DNA of 57,596 nucleotides from positions 1 to 57,596 of the forward strand of contig JAVECL010000084.1 in assembly GCA_051942245.1 (NCBI GenBank), written 5' to 3'. The DNA is from Trypethelium eluteriae. Lineage: Eukaryota. The notes beneath the pieces were generated by a model. It was not told the DNA's origin and searched no databases. It saw nothing but the letters and a program-made list of their open reading frames with translations. Within the stretch, counting starts at the first letter, position 1, and each line of letters opens with the position of its first letter. Positions 12,760 to 26,021 of this stretch are shown here, piece by piece. Both the position numbers and the translations under genes were made by a program.

Positions 12760-14829
12760 ATTAGTACCCATTTTTTTTTATTTTTAAAGCTGGCTGTAAA
12801 TCCTTATGCTTAACTTTGCAGCCTTAATGCGGTTTTTTATAAAAGTTGCGCATTTATACAGTTAATATTGCAGATTAATATTAGACCACTTGCCTAAGTT
12901 TATAGAGCGCATTATTAAGAGCAGATATAGGCATAACAGCTTATATAAAGCTGCAAAATATATAACTCTTACTTAAAGAATGCTTAAAGCCTGCCCCTTA
13001 ATTTAATTTATTTATTTATGTAATAAAAAAAGGGTAATATTAGCAGTATTTTAAGAGATCTTTATTATATCTTTATTATAATAATAATTAATAATTTTGT
13101 ATAACTTAATTTGCGCGTAAAAAAATCCATTATTATTATAAGGCAAGCCTATATTTATTACATACTTGCCAAAATCTAAGGTTAGCATGCCTAATTTAAT
13201 ATTGCTAATCTTATAAGTTAATAAGTAATTTAATAACACATATTAAATAAAATATAAATATTTTTAAAATAAAATAAATCCAGAATGTAAAATATATTTT
13301 ATAAATTAATTTATTCCTTAGGAGTGGGAGTTTAATTTTAAATAAAACTTTTTTTAAAAAACTTAAATTATTAATAAAAAGTAAGACTATTATAAATCTG
13401 CTTACTTTTTTTTTTAAAACTAATTAGGCTTTATAGGCTTTATTTAATTATTAATAGCTTTTTTATGCTTTTATAAGGCAACTTATATAAATACTAGCCA
13501 GTATAAAAGCCTAGACTTAAAGAAGTAGCTTTTTTAAATTAAATATTTATATTTAATAAAAAGTAAAGAAGGTTAGGGTGTTTAATAAATAAGCATATAG
13601 CTTTAGGCCCGGGATTAAGTCCAAATTTCTTTAATAACATCCTTGGGATAATATTGGTAAGGGGCTACTCTTAGATACTTTATGCATGCTCTCTGGTTTA
13701 TTCAGGCTTAAAAAAGGCCCCTTATGCTTATAAAGTAGATTATTAGCTAGGATAAAAGAGATTATTAAATCTATTAATATGCGTCCAAGCATTAAAGAGC
13801 CTTTTTTAAGTATTAAGGCATATTTATTAATAAATTCTGTAAGCCTTTAATACAGCTAGGACATATCTAAAAAAGGGTAAAGAATATAAACCTTAATAAT
13901 ATAAATCCAGTAAAGGTAATTAGCTATGGGCTGATTAAAGGTAGACTTAATATCCATAACATTTTTGCATAAAAAACCGCCGGCTTCTGTAGTTTTATAG
14001 TTATTAGCAGTAATTAGGATGTCCCCAGTCTGCCTTATATTATACACCCTAAGTCTCCCCTGCAACATCTTATAATCCAACTTTTTAAGTCCAAATAGCT
14101 AATGTGCCTTATTATAGAGTTTATTAATATGCAGCTAAGCCTTTAATAAATTTATACTTATATATTAAGCTAAGATATTAGCAGTCCTTTTATTTAAACA
14201 TAATAAGTATTATTTTATTAAAAGGGTTAGAATTTATTAGGATTGTGTTTTGTGTTGCGGGCAAATAAGTAATAAGGTAAGGTCTAATTTGTCTAAAAGT
14301 AATTAAGCAAATAAAGATATATTAGGTGTGTTTCTTAATTATAAGTACTTTTATTTATTTGGGGCTTAATAATTGCAATTATTGGATGCCAGCTCCTTTA
14401 TCTCTCTTAATTAAGTAAGCAGGGCTGGCATATTATTATTTCTGTATAATATTTTAGCAAATAAAATAATAGCATTATTAAATAATTAACTTTAGCTCCT
14501 TTAATAACACAAGCATACTTAGCATATTATTATTACTGTATAGTGTTTTAATAAATAAAATAATAGCACCATAAAATAACTAACTTTGGCTTTTTAAACT
14601 CTGTAAGCAAGGGTTGTATTATCTTATTATCTTTATATAAAGTCTTAGCATTAAGCATAATTAAGGTTATAATATTTAATATATCTTACTTTGGCTTAAG
14701 AGGAAGGTTATGGTATATGCATTTAATATTCCTGCAGCAACATAATTCGCAAGGCTCTCCCCTAAAGCATCTTGCCTTACAAAATTAACAATAATAGCAG
14801 GCCTAAGGAGTTTATTAGAACCTTTTTAT
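12760..14829 (-). pseudogene. Zn(II)2Cys6 transcription factor-like gene, RIP-inactivated
   Basis: 14799-14719 reads CYYC*FCKARCFRGEPCELCCCRNIKC, back-corrected CHHCRFRKARCSGGEPCELCRRRNIKC (C-x2-C-x6-C-x5-C-x2-C-x6-C), followed by a GTAAG intron. 3' end uncertain. Confidence 0.75.
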
Positions 14830-15199
14830 GATATAAATAGACACTTATATTATAGCAATGTGAGATTGCGGTTGCCTTAAATATGGGTCTGATAGCTATG
14901 TTGGTTCCTAAGTAATCTAAATATAATATGGCTGACCAGTCTAAAACTAAAAAGTCTGCAGATAATAGAGCTTTATAGGCAGAAAATAAGCATCTAAGTT
15001 CGCATTTAAATAATATAATTATTTAAATAAAGGATTTAATTAATTATTAAATATTATACGCTGTCCACTTAAGGATTGCTGTGTGTCCCATAAATAGCCA
15101 TTTATTAAGAGGTTAATATTATGTGCGCCTTATTTGCCTAATATTTAGCTTCTAGCAGGCAGCATAAAAGGGCAAAGTTTATTATTAGGGTGTTAATAA

Positions 15200-17726
15200 A
15201 GTTTATTAAAACCATAAAATAATATTGTTAATAAAATCTATTACAGCTTACCAGGGATATTTATAGATAATAAATAGGATTAGGATTAATAATATAATTT
15301 AATACACTGCTGTACTCTTTAATTAATTTACTTATGTTTAAGGCATAAAAATCCCTAAATACTTTACTCAAAAATACATTATTTTTATAGGTTTTTTAAG
15401 ATGTAATTACTAAATTATATAGCCTCCACAGATTGGCAATATTATTTTATATTATAAATAATAGGATATTATAAGAAAGGGCGAAAACAGTTGCGGAGTA
15501 ATCTAGCTAATTTTTTATCCCAATAATTAATACAGCTCTTGCAGCAACCCACTATCTTGCAATATCTGTGTCTTAGTAAATATTAATAATGCGCGCAGGA
15601 AGTCTTCCCCTTAGTTAAATAATCACATCCTTAATAAGGCTGTGCTGGATTATTATATAATACTTAATATTTGCTATGTAACCTTATTATCCAATTATTT
15701 AATATATAAGTAATAATACTCTCTGCCCCAGCTATTAAAAGCACCTTACTGCTAATTATTAAGTTATAATTTAACACCCATACCTATTAATCAGCATTTT
15801 AGAAGCTTGCATAAATATTGTGTAAACCGGATTCCTTTCCATAAATAAGTATATTTTATAATAAGCCTAGGGGCCTTAAGTATTATGCGAGATTTATGCT
15901 GCCTGCTACAAAAAGTATAACTGCAATATAATATTATGTTCTATAATCCTTAGTAAAATAAGGGTTTATAATAATAAAGTAATGCTTTTTAGAGAACATT
16001 AAATAGATATTTTATAATACTATATAATAAGGCTTGTAAAGCAAAATAGCCTATGCAAGTCTAGCTTAACTAATAAAGGATAACACATAATACTTTATGC
16101 ATTATTTTAAAAGCAATTAAGTAATAAGCAAGATAGCAGGGATTAGAGCTTTATAAATATTATAAGTGTGCTGTATTTATCTGCATAAAGCAAGCTAATA
16201 ACTTAAGCTTTTAAAATCCTTATTGCGGAATTAGCCAGGCTTTAAGACTGGCGTATTAAAAGGCGCCCAATAAGTATAAAAAGGGCTTAATAAATAATAT
16301 AGAGCTAAAATTTTGGCTAGCAAAGCTCCGCATAAGATAATATTCCTTATTACCTAATTTAATTATCTTTATTTCTGCTGTAATTTTATACCTATTTTTA
16401 GAAGCAGAGTAGGACAGACTTTATTTACTGTAAAATAAAGTTAGGGATATAAGTGCTGAGCTTAAGGGGGCATATTATAATAAATTAGCTAAATTACTTC
16501 TTTGTATCTTATAAGCCCCACTCTGGGATATAACAGCCCTGCCTCTGCATTTTATATACTTCTTTTTAATTAATAATGCTTGGACTGCTGCTTAAAAAGC
16601 TGGGCGGATTAAGTAAGAATGGTATCTCCTCTTATTTGCTGGTGCTTTAGAGCTCTATATTAGAGTAAGTATTGCCTAATAATTATTTTTGCCCTGCAGC
16701 TTATACTGCTAGGAATATGGACTAAACTAAGCCCAGTGTTAAGTTGTGCTTTAAATATTAGTTATCTTCCTTCTTATTAGGAAGCTTTTAATATGTGGTT
16801 TTGGTATCCCAGCCTATAATGTCTTACCAAAGCTTGCGGGTAAGTGTTAAGAAATATTTATGCCTAACACAAAATTAATATTAATAGCTTTATATTATTA
16901 CCTTAGCGGCATTGCTAAACTTAGTAAAGGAGATATTAAAAAAGTGATCAGTTTTATAGCAGAAAGCCTAACAATATCTGATCTTATAATCAGTAAGAAT
17001 TACTGTGGTAATATTGCTTAGCTTCTTGCGGAGGCCAAGGATATTAAGTATAAAGCTAAAAAATATGCATTAACCATTGACTAATTAAGAATAGGTACAT
17101 TCTAGTCTATTATTATTTATAAGTCCTCCTAATTTACCCACCTTGTTTATGGCAATACACCCATAATCTTAATATTATTAAGTGGGTACTGGCAGAAAAT
17201 AAAAAACCAAAGTTTAAAAAAAAATGCTACTACCGGTTTGGGTTAAAATAAGATCTCCTCTTTATATAATTGTATCTCCTATTATTAGTTTTATTATTTT
17301 TTTTATCCAGCTTTAGGTGTTTAATAGCTGCTTATGTAATCCCTCTAAAAAGATAAATTAACTGGTCTTTAGTATTAGATTACTTAATGCTATTATTATA
17401 TAAAACTTTATTTTAGGTCTGATTTAGAGCTAGGTAATATTAATTAAGTATGGATCTAAAATTGCTGGATTAATAACAGCTTTATAAAATTAACCTATAT
17501 AAACCACATTAAGATATAGCTCTTTACTGCATACTTTTTGGAGCAGATTATAATACCAGTTTTAAACCTATTAATAATAAAAGCTGTAAATATTATTAAA
17601 GCTTACATGGAAAAGCTTTACTACTTTATATGCAGCATAAGGTACCTTAAACTGTTTAAACTTCTCAGCTTTTTTAACTACCTGCAGCTTATTATCTTAA
17701 ATTATTGCGGCTATATAGCGCACCAT
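15200..17726 (-). pseudogene. Unidentified multi-exon gene relic
   Basis: ATG at 17726 (MVRYIAAII..), GTAAG introns, long frame with only RIP-type stops and a Ser/Pro-rich middle; no family recognised. Confidence 0.4.
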
Positions 17727-18079
17727 TGCAGTAGGTACAGCTTCCTGAATAATAGTATATTCTTGTTTATCAGCTATACGCTAGGATTTTGTTAAGTAAC
17801 AGCCCGCTTATAATGAGTCAGTCTCGCCTATAATGTAAAGCTAATTGCCCGCGGATACCTTACCTAGGAACTTATTATGTAATTAGACTTAATTCTGTTG
17901 GTATCTCCCTTATGCATTTATGTATATATATATTATAGTCTATTTCTAAATCAGATTGTTTGATTTAACACTGTTATCTTATTAGATAATTTGTGACCCG
18001 TGCTTTGCCATGTCACTCCTTGCCTATTGTGAATTGGCATACACTGCTCTAAGATTATAACTAAATAATAAATAAAGCA

Positions 18080-20880
18080 GCAATATAACATGGATTTGGA
18101 AATGTTTATATTATAAATAGGGTGTTTAAAATAAAATATATCTATAAATAAGGAGCTTACAAGACGGACCCAGAAATAAGAGGAGGTATCTGCCGCGGAT
18201 ATTTATAATACTTAAATTAAACTTTACTACTAAGTTTTTATAAGTTTAAATCTAAATTTAAAGGTTGTTAATATTAAATAGCTTTATTTTTAAGCCAATC
18301 CTATAATTGCTGCAGAGCGCAGATTATTTACCCAGTGTTATTAGGCTAATTAGTACTTATTATAATAACAGAAGCTAGCCTGCTTTTTAAATAGTATTTA
18401 ATAAAAGTATGCTCACATTATCCACTAAGGTGGCAGTTTAAAAAGACAAAATATTAGGCACCTTAAGACAAATTATTAATCTAATTAATATTATGTGGGA
18501 GTTATTGCTTAGAGATCTTCCTCCGCATGCTGTTATTAAAGGTTTTAGGTACTCTATATTATACAAATTTATTTATTTTAGGATCCCCTTTTTAGAGATA
18601 GCAATATTATTCAGCTTATAAGGACTGCTTAAAGGATGTATTAAAGAATTAATAACCCTTAATTATCTAGGCAAATCCCATACTAAATCTGGCAGTCTAA
18701 AATCTCTATTACCCATTAATAGACTTTACTGTTATGGCTAAATACGCCTTTTGTTATTACATTGCATAGGCCCAATGCAGTTTATGCTGTTTTGCCTTAA
18801 TTAATAGCGATTTAATATTTGCAGGTAAGGTACCAGGCTGCGGTTGCTTTAGCCTGCTAATGTTCTAGCATCCGCCCAAAAAATCTTCTCTCCCAAATTC
18901 ACATTCTGCATAAACACAAAATTTTATAATAATAATATACATAATATTATTTTTTACATGTATTATACACCTTCCTGCGGATTTTATAATAAGGTTATAA
19001 GTAGCCTCTATAGCTATTATACATCCTTTAGAATTAATAAAATCTCGCCTTATTTTTTAATTATAACTTATTACACTTTTCAGCCTATGTTTAAAGAAAA
19101 CAACTAACAAGTTAGACGTACTAAAAGACTTCTTACTTAAAAGCTTAGCCGGATTTTTATATCCTGTATAATACCGCTTAAGTTGTGGTTAATAATAGCC
19201 TTATATCTTAGCCGCTAATGTGCAGTTATTACAGGTTAAGTGCAGATAAAAAACACTGCCTTGCGTGGAGATGCTATAATTTATATATCTAGTTACTTAT
19301 TCGCAAGTTATATTGCTCTTAATAGTATTTAGTATATTAAAAGTCTCCATAGCTCTACAATTATGCATAAGGTAAAAGGTAAAAGGCTTTTATTAAATGC
19401 TTAAAAATCAATCCCTATTAAGAAGGTTTATATTATAAAAGATTATTTAGGCGTGTGAATAGTTATTTTTAGCTAATCTAATAAAACTCTGGATAATATA
19501 AATATACCTTTAGGAATATAATAAAGGGTTATACCAGGTATTAAGGCTGGAAAGCTTAATGCTAAAACTGATGTAAGTTTAGCACCTATTACTTTATAAT
19601 AAGAATTAATTATATAACAGAGTATAAAGCTTTAAGGCGTTATAATTAATTAAATTAATACATTTCTTTAAAGTTGGCTAATATGCAAGCCAAAGATAAT
19701 TAATCTTAAAATGCGTCTTCCCCTAATAATAAACTTGGGGGGCCTTTATATAATACATTTTAAATGCAATTCTAAGAGGATACTTAAATACTTAGCCCTT
19801 ATTGCCGGTAATAATATTATCCTAATATATACGCACAAAATAATTAAAAATAATAAGTTCTATAAGAATATCTTATGTTAAGTTAAAGGCTTTTTATTTA
19901 TTTACATGCTGATTAATAAAGGCAAATGCATAATAAAAATTTAGAGCTAATCTTGCGCGCAGTCTTACTTAAGCAATTAATTATTAATTCCCAGCGCTTT
20001 ATTAATAAGTGGAAGTTAATAAGGCGTTATAAGTTTGCTATGGATAATTTTAGTACTGGACTTCCTCCTTTTTATAATTAATACTTATAAACAATCCTAT
20101 TATTTTAAAGGCCTGTCTTTAAGCTGTGGCATTATCTTCTAAAGGATATTGCTATGCTTAGAGGTACTTCTAACATAGTCTTTTTTAAATACTCCTACAT
20201 TATTAATTCAAAAACTTTATGTGGTTATAATCTTTAAGACTTTTTTGTTATTACTTAGCAGTATAATCTTTCTTATTTTAACACTTAAATTATTTATTAT
20301 TTAGTTTAATATTATAACTAATTATAATCTATAATAAGAATAAGCATAAATTTAAATATATCTAACTCTGCTTTAATAAGATTTATTATGCTAACTTTAA
20401 CTGCAGTTGCCTAAAAGAAGTTTTTAGGAAACTTAATCTTAAAGCTTTTAAGTAAAGTAGGAGTTTATACGCCTACAGCTATAATAATAATTATTGCGGG
20501 AAATATTTTACCCTTAATATTTTAAACCCCTTAGCAGACGCTATTCTGGATTATAATCTAAGATATGTCCTTTTTTTAACATAAGATACTAAGTATGGCC
20601 GCATAAGCAGCAGATGCTTCTAATGCTTGCGTTGCATTAACACATCCAACTTCTTTATTAATCCAGAGTTCATCTCCTTTATCTAACTGTAGAGGCTCTT
20701 TAAACCCAACCATTTTTATTAACTTATTAGAGTTAATAACACGCTGAGATAAAGATCTCAACAACCCTTTATTATTATTCTTACTGATAATGTGAATCCA
20801 TGCTATTCAATGGTAGAATTCTTGATACAGAGACGCTGTTCTCCATCTCTCTTGCGCTTCCTCTGCAAAATAAGACACAT
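18080..20880 (-). pseudogene. Large gene relic with a KilA-N/APSES-like N-terminal motif
   Basis: ATG at 20880 with a basic QRKRKR patch; next exon has ELWINKEVGCVNATQALEAS..QNIKGKYFP (VNATQ at 20641-20627), resembling the VNATq..GtY signature; long continuous frame ~19560-18080 of unknown family. Confidence 0.5.
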
Positions 20881-21699
20881 CTTAATCCGGATATAGAGTG
20901 CGGACAACTTTGTTAATATCTTTTGATGCTGTTTTAACGTCCGTCCCTGTGTGGCGAAAACCCCGCTGTGCCGAAAGATTCAGGCGGTACTTTAACTTTA
21001 TTCTTCCCATACTCCGTCTAAGCTTTAGGACACATTCCAGTTTTATTTTAATACTTTGTTATAGCTACTCTAATCCTTAAATATTATATTAAAACTGAGA
21101 ATTATAATTGCATTATTACCCTTCCCGCTGTCTAAAAAATGCCTTCTTTCCTTAATTATAATAAGTATTCTTTAGCACAGCACCCATATTAGGCCCTATT
21201 TACTCTAAGAAATTGTTAATAAGGTTTATTTATTTATTAAAAGTCTGTTATAATTATAAGAAATAATAAACAGCCTTATAATATGTGCTGCACATAGGTT
21301 TATGCAAGATTATACTTAGGATTAATACCTCTAATTAAAGCAATTACTAATCCTGGTTAGCTTAAGATAATCCCTTAAATCCTTTATAATTTTTGTGCTA
21401 TAAATTACTTACACACATCTATGGCTTTGCGGGTAAAATATCCTGCTTAGCGTGTAACTAAAAGTTACATAAATAATACCTTATACTTTCCCTCTTCTTA
21501 AGCCTGATAAGATTTTTAATATCTCAAAAGCCTTATATAGTAAAATGTTATTAGAGATTTTTTTATGTTATATTACACCATTAAACTTTAATAATTATTT
21601 AATATTTAAATAACTCTTATTAATAAGCTCCAAAGTAAGATAAGCAGCTTTTAAATTAAGAACATTCTAAATAGTCTATAAGAATTATATTAGGGACGC

Positions 21700-24600
21700 C
21701 GGCGAGTGGGGTGGTGGGTTGGGACATATTCTAGAGGATGACAATGCCACGGTTTGTAGCAGCTATACCACGGCCTCATGCTGTCCCCAGGCAGCCCACC
21801 ACAGCGGTATCCAACTGTCCTCATCCTTTGCATTAACATCAACCTTCTCTATGGCGAGCAGCTATCGGACCACGGCCTCATGCCCTCCCTAGGCAGCTTA
21901 TAATAATAGTGTCCAACCGTCCTTATCCTTCGCATTAATATTGATCTTCTCTGTGGTGAGCAGCTGTCGGACTACAGCCTTGTGCCCTCCCTTAGCAGCC
22001 CATAATAGCAGTGTCTAACTATCCTTATCCTTTGCATTAATATTAACCTTCTTTATGGCAAGCAGCTATTGGATTATGGCCTCACATCCTCTCCCGGCGG
22101 CCTATAATAGCGGTGTCCAACTATCCTCATTCTTTGCATTAATATTAACCTTCTCTATAGCAAGCAGCTGTTAGATTATAGCCTTATATCCTCTCCCAGC
22201 AGCCCATAATAGCAGTGTCCAACCATCCTTATTTTTTGCATTAATATTAACCTTTTTTATGGTAAGCAGTTATTAGACCACAGCTTTATGCCCTCCTTTG
22301 GCGGCCTATAATAGCAGTATCTAACTGTATTTATCCTTTGTATTAACATCGACCTTCTTTATAGCAAGCAGCCGCCGGATTACAGCCTTATGTCCTCTCC
22401 CAGCAGCCCATAACAGCGGTGTTTAACCATTCTCATCCTTCGCATTAATATTAACCTTCTCTGTGGCGAGCAGCTGTTAAATCACAGCCTTATGTCCTCC
22501 CCCAGCGGCCCATAATAGCAGTGTCTAACTGTATTTATCCTTCGCATCAATGTTAACCTTCTCTGTGGCAAGCAGCTGTTAAACCACAGCCTCATGCCCT
22601 CCCCAGGCGGCCCACGACAGCGGTGTCCGACTGTCCTCATCTTTCGCATTAACATTAACCTTTTCTGTGGCGAGCAGCTGTTGAACCACAGCCTCACGTC
22701 CTCCTCCGGCGGCCCATGACAGCGGTGTCTAACCGTATTTATCCTTCGCATCAATATTGACCTTCTCTGTGGCGAGCAGCTGTTGAACCACGGCCTCACG
22801 TCCTCCCCAGGCGGCCCACAACAGCAGTGTCCGACTGTCCTCATCCTTCGCATTAATGTCGACCTTCTCTGTAGCGAGCAGCTGTCGGACCACGGCCTCG
22901 TGCCCTCCCTAGGCGGCCCATAATAGCAGTGTCTAACTGTATTTGTCCTTTGCATTAATGTTAACCTTCTCTGTGGCAAGCAGCTATTAAATTACGGCCT
23001 TATGCCCTCCCTTAGCAGCCCATAACAGCAGTGTCCGACTGTCCTTGTCCTTTGCATTAATATTAACCTTCTCTATAGCGAGCAGCTGTTAAACCACAGC
23101 CTTATGCCCTCCCTTAGCAGCCCATAACAGCGGTATCTAACTGTCCTTATCCTTTGCATTAATATTAACCTTCTTTATAGTAAGCAGTTATTGGACCACA
23201 GCCTTGTGCCCTCCTTTGGCGGCCCATAATAACAGTATCCAACCAGCCTTATCCTTTGCATTAATATTAACCTTCTTTATAGCAAGCAGCTATTGGACTA
23301 CAGCCTTATATCCTCCTTAGGCAGCCCATAATAATAGTGTCCAACCGGCTTTATCCTTTGCATTAATATTAACCTTTTCTGTGGTAAGCAGCTATTGGAC
23401 CACAGCCTTATATCCTCTTTAGGCAGCCCACCACAGCGGTGTCTAACTGTCCTTATCCTTTGTATTAATTTCAACCTTCTCTGTGGCGAGCAGCTGCTAA
23501 ACCACAGCCTTATGCCCTCCCCAGGCGGCCCACCACAGCAGTGTCCGACCGTCTTTGTCCTTCATATTAATATCAACCTTCTCTATGGCAAGCAGCTGCT
23601 AAACCACGGCCTTATGCCCTCCCCGGGCGGCCTACTATAGCGGGGTCTGACCATCTTTATCCTTTGTATCAATGTCGACCTTCTCTGTAATAAGCAGCTG
23701 CCAAACCACGGCCTCATGCCCTCCCCAGGCGGCCTATTATAGCGGTGTCCAACCGTCCTTGTCCTTCGCATTAACATCAACCTTCTCTGTGGCGAGCAGC
23801 TGCCGGACTACGGCCTCGTGGCCTTTCTTAGCGGCCCATGACAGCGGTATCAATCTGTAGCTGTCTTTTGAGTCGATTTTAATGTTGCTTTTAGATTCCT
23901 ATTCCAGTATTATCTAAATTATGTAGGTTAGTCCATATCTCGCGGCCAGATGCAGCCTATTTAATTAACCTAAAAAATTTAAATTATAATACATGTACCT
24001 AAAAGTTAACATTAAAACTACTTAAATTATAAAGTTAATTAATGCGTTATTGTGAAGAAAGGTCAGAGCTACTTTAAAAGCTTGGCAGGGGTATTATAAA
24101 GGTTATAAATAGCTACTCCATTAATATGCTAAGTAGTCAAAAAAAGTGTTATTAGCTAGCCTCTGCTTAAAAGCTTTATTGCTAGCACAGCTACTATTTT
24201 AGAACAAGTTAAAAAATAAGTATGTAAGATAGGCTGTTGCTATCTCTTCTTAAGCGCCGGGATTCCATTACAACCATACATGCTTAAAGTACTCCTATAT
24301 TATGTAATAAGTAAGACAGATAATACTGCTTTTATTATCCACAATAATTAGGCCGGCATAGACAGAAATAACATCCTTAATATTATAAATATTATCTGGG
24401 TTAAAAGCTTTATTATTAAGCTCCACAGCTAGGGCACAGCAAAGCTTACTTATTGTAAGCAGTTTTTGTGCATAATTAATCCAGGAAATTGCGCGCTTAG
24501 CAAGTATTTTATCTTCCTTTAGTTATCCATCTATCCATTTAATTACCTTATTATACGCGTTATTAAGCGCTGCTAAACCTTGTAATATTTTATCCAATAT

Positions 24601-26021
24601 AAATAATACCCTTTTTTTATTCTATTTATTAAGTAAAGAATTAACATAAAGATAAGCTAAAAGAAACCTAAAGGTTTATTAAATAAAATTCTCACAATTA
24701 TAATTAGTAACTGCGGAGCACATACATGCTATTAATAGCTTCCATAATTATAATTTGTATAGCATTTTAGAGCTCCTTATCACAGCGGATGCAGCTTAGC
24801 AGGCAAAATATTTAACCTGCAATATAACATCTTACATCTTCTTTACTTGCTCAAACCATAAGCTAAAGATTTAATTAAAACCACTCTTTTATATTAGGAA
24901 TAAGTTAAGAGGTGGACAGCAGTTGTACACTACTACTGGCCTAAAGATCTTGCAGCCTTTAGATTAGATTATTTTATACATTATTTATGTTTAAGCATTT
25001 ATTTAATATGTTTATTATAATAAAAGTAATTAAATAGTTTAAACAAATTTTTTTAAAAGTGTACATTACTTCACCAAGTAATGCTTTATTTCCAAGCTTA
25101 GAGTGTTAATTATATAATTTAACCATAGGAGCTGCAAGGTCTGGTTAACTCTGCACAAGCTGCCTCAATAGAATAGCCAATAGGTTGTGGACGGTTTAAT
25201 TAATTTATGCTTTGTAACTACAAAAAAAATATGCAATCCTAACGCGATTACTGTAGGCTACACAATAGATATAATTAATAGCAACTGCCGCCATTATTAT
25301 CTTGCCTGCTCCTAATATACTAGGACAGAACAACATCTTGTCTAATCCTTATAACCAACTCTTAAACTCTGGCGAGTTTAAAAACTATTATGCGGTGCTA
25401 TTTTATCTTCTAAAAATAATATCTTGCTGTTAAGCTGAGAAATTGGTTATCACCAATTACTGCATTACTACGCTGTGTTTTTTATCAGCAGTATGTGTTT
25501 TAAAAATGGGCAGAGAAGCTTATATAAAAAATGTGTTCTTTTGGATTTTTTGGGCCAGTTTATTATAAGCTATAAGTATGTAACACTTCCCCAATATAAC
25601 ACAAAACTTATAAATAATTATTCTTAAGTGCAATGCTAATAATAGTCTTTAGCTGCTCTATTCTTATTAGGATATCTCTTACTTCTTCCTTGCTAAATTT
25701 CCACAGCAGCTATCTCTTAACTTTTTAAAATTTATCTTAAGCTTAAAATCTTAAACATAGCTCTTCCAAAGCTTATTTATATTAGCTTAAAGGTCTACCT
25801 AAATTTTTAAGCTTTTATATTTTATAAAACCCAGCCCCGCCGGACTGTCCTTCTTCTAAATAATATCAAAGACTAAGGAGGAGGTTTTGGCTGTGTAATA
25901 CTTTAATTAAACATCTTTCACACTCTTTAGGCGCGTTTTTAACATCACTTAGGTAATTAATAATCTCACAAGAGAGCTGCACAACAGTAATAATACTTGC
26001 AGTAACACTGAGGGGGTCCAT
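21700..26021 (-). pseudogene. Fungal NLR: HeLo-like N-terminus + NACHT + ankyrin repeats, RIP-inactivated
   Basis: Starts MDPLSVTASIITVVQLSCEIINYLSDVKNAPKE; Walker A back-corrected to LFCPGIPGAGKT (~25335-25299); Walker B to VVDALDEC (~25020-24995); LHLAARYG then tandem ankyrins. Many RIP stops; original stop uncertain. Confidence 0.93.
21745..23880 (-). repeat. 21 tandem 102-bp (34-aa) ankyrin repeats with high internal conservation
   Basis: Marker YACRGCCTY recurs every 102 bp from 21769 to 23809; unit e.g. [34 protein letters not shown]. Confidence 0.95.

Noticed and set aside
18080..20880. DUF3435 Starship captain recombinase
   Set aside because: Translation shows no tyrosine-recombinase motifs; no captain recognised anywhere in the window.
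21745..23880. CRISPR-like array, or the ORF-track proteins at 22482-23860
   Set aside because: Contiguous coding 102-bp units without unique spacers; the listed ORFs are off-frame or antisense to the ankyrin frame.
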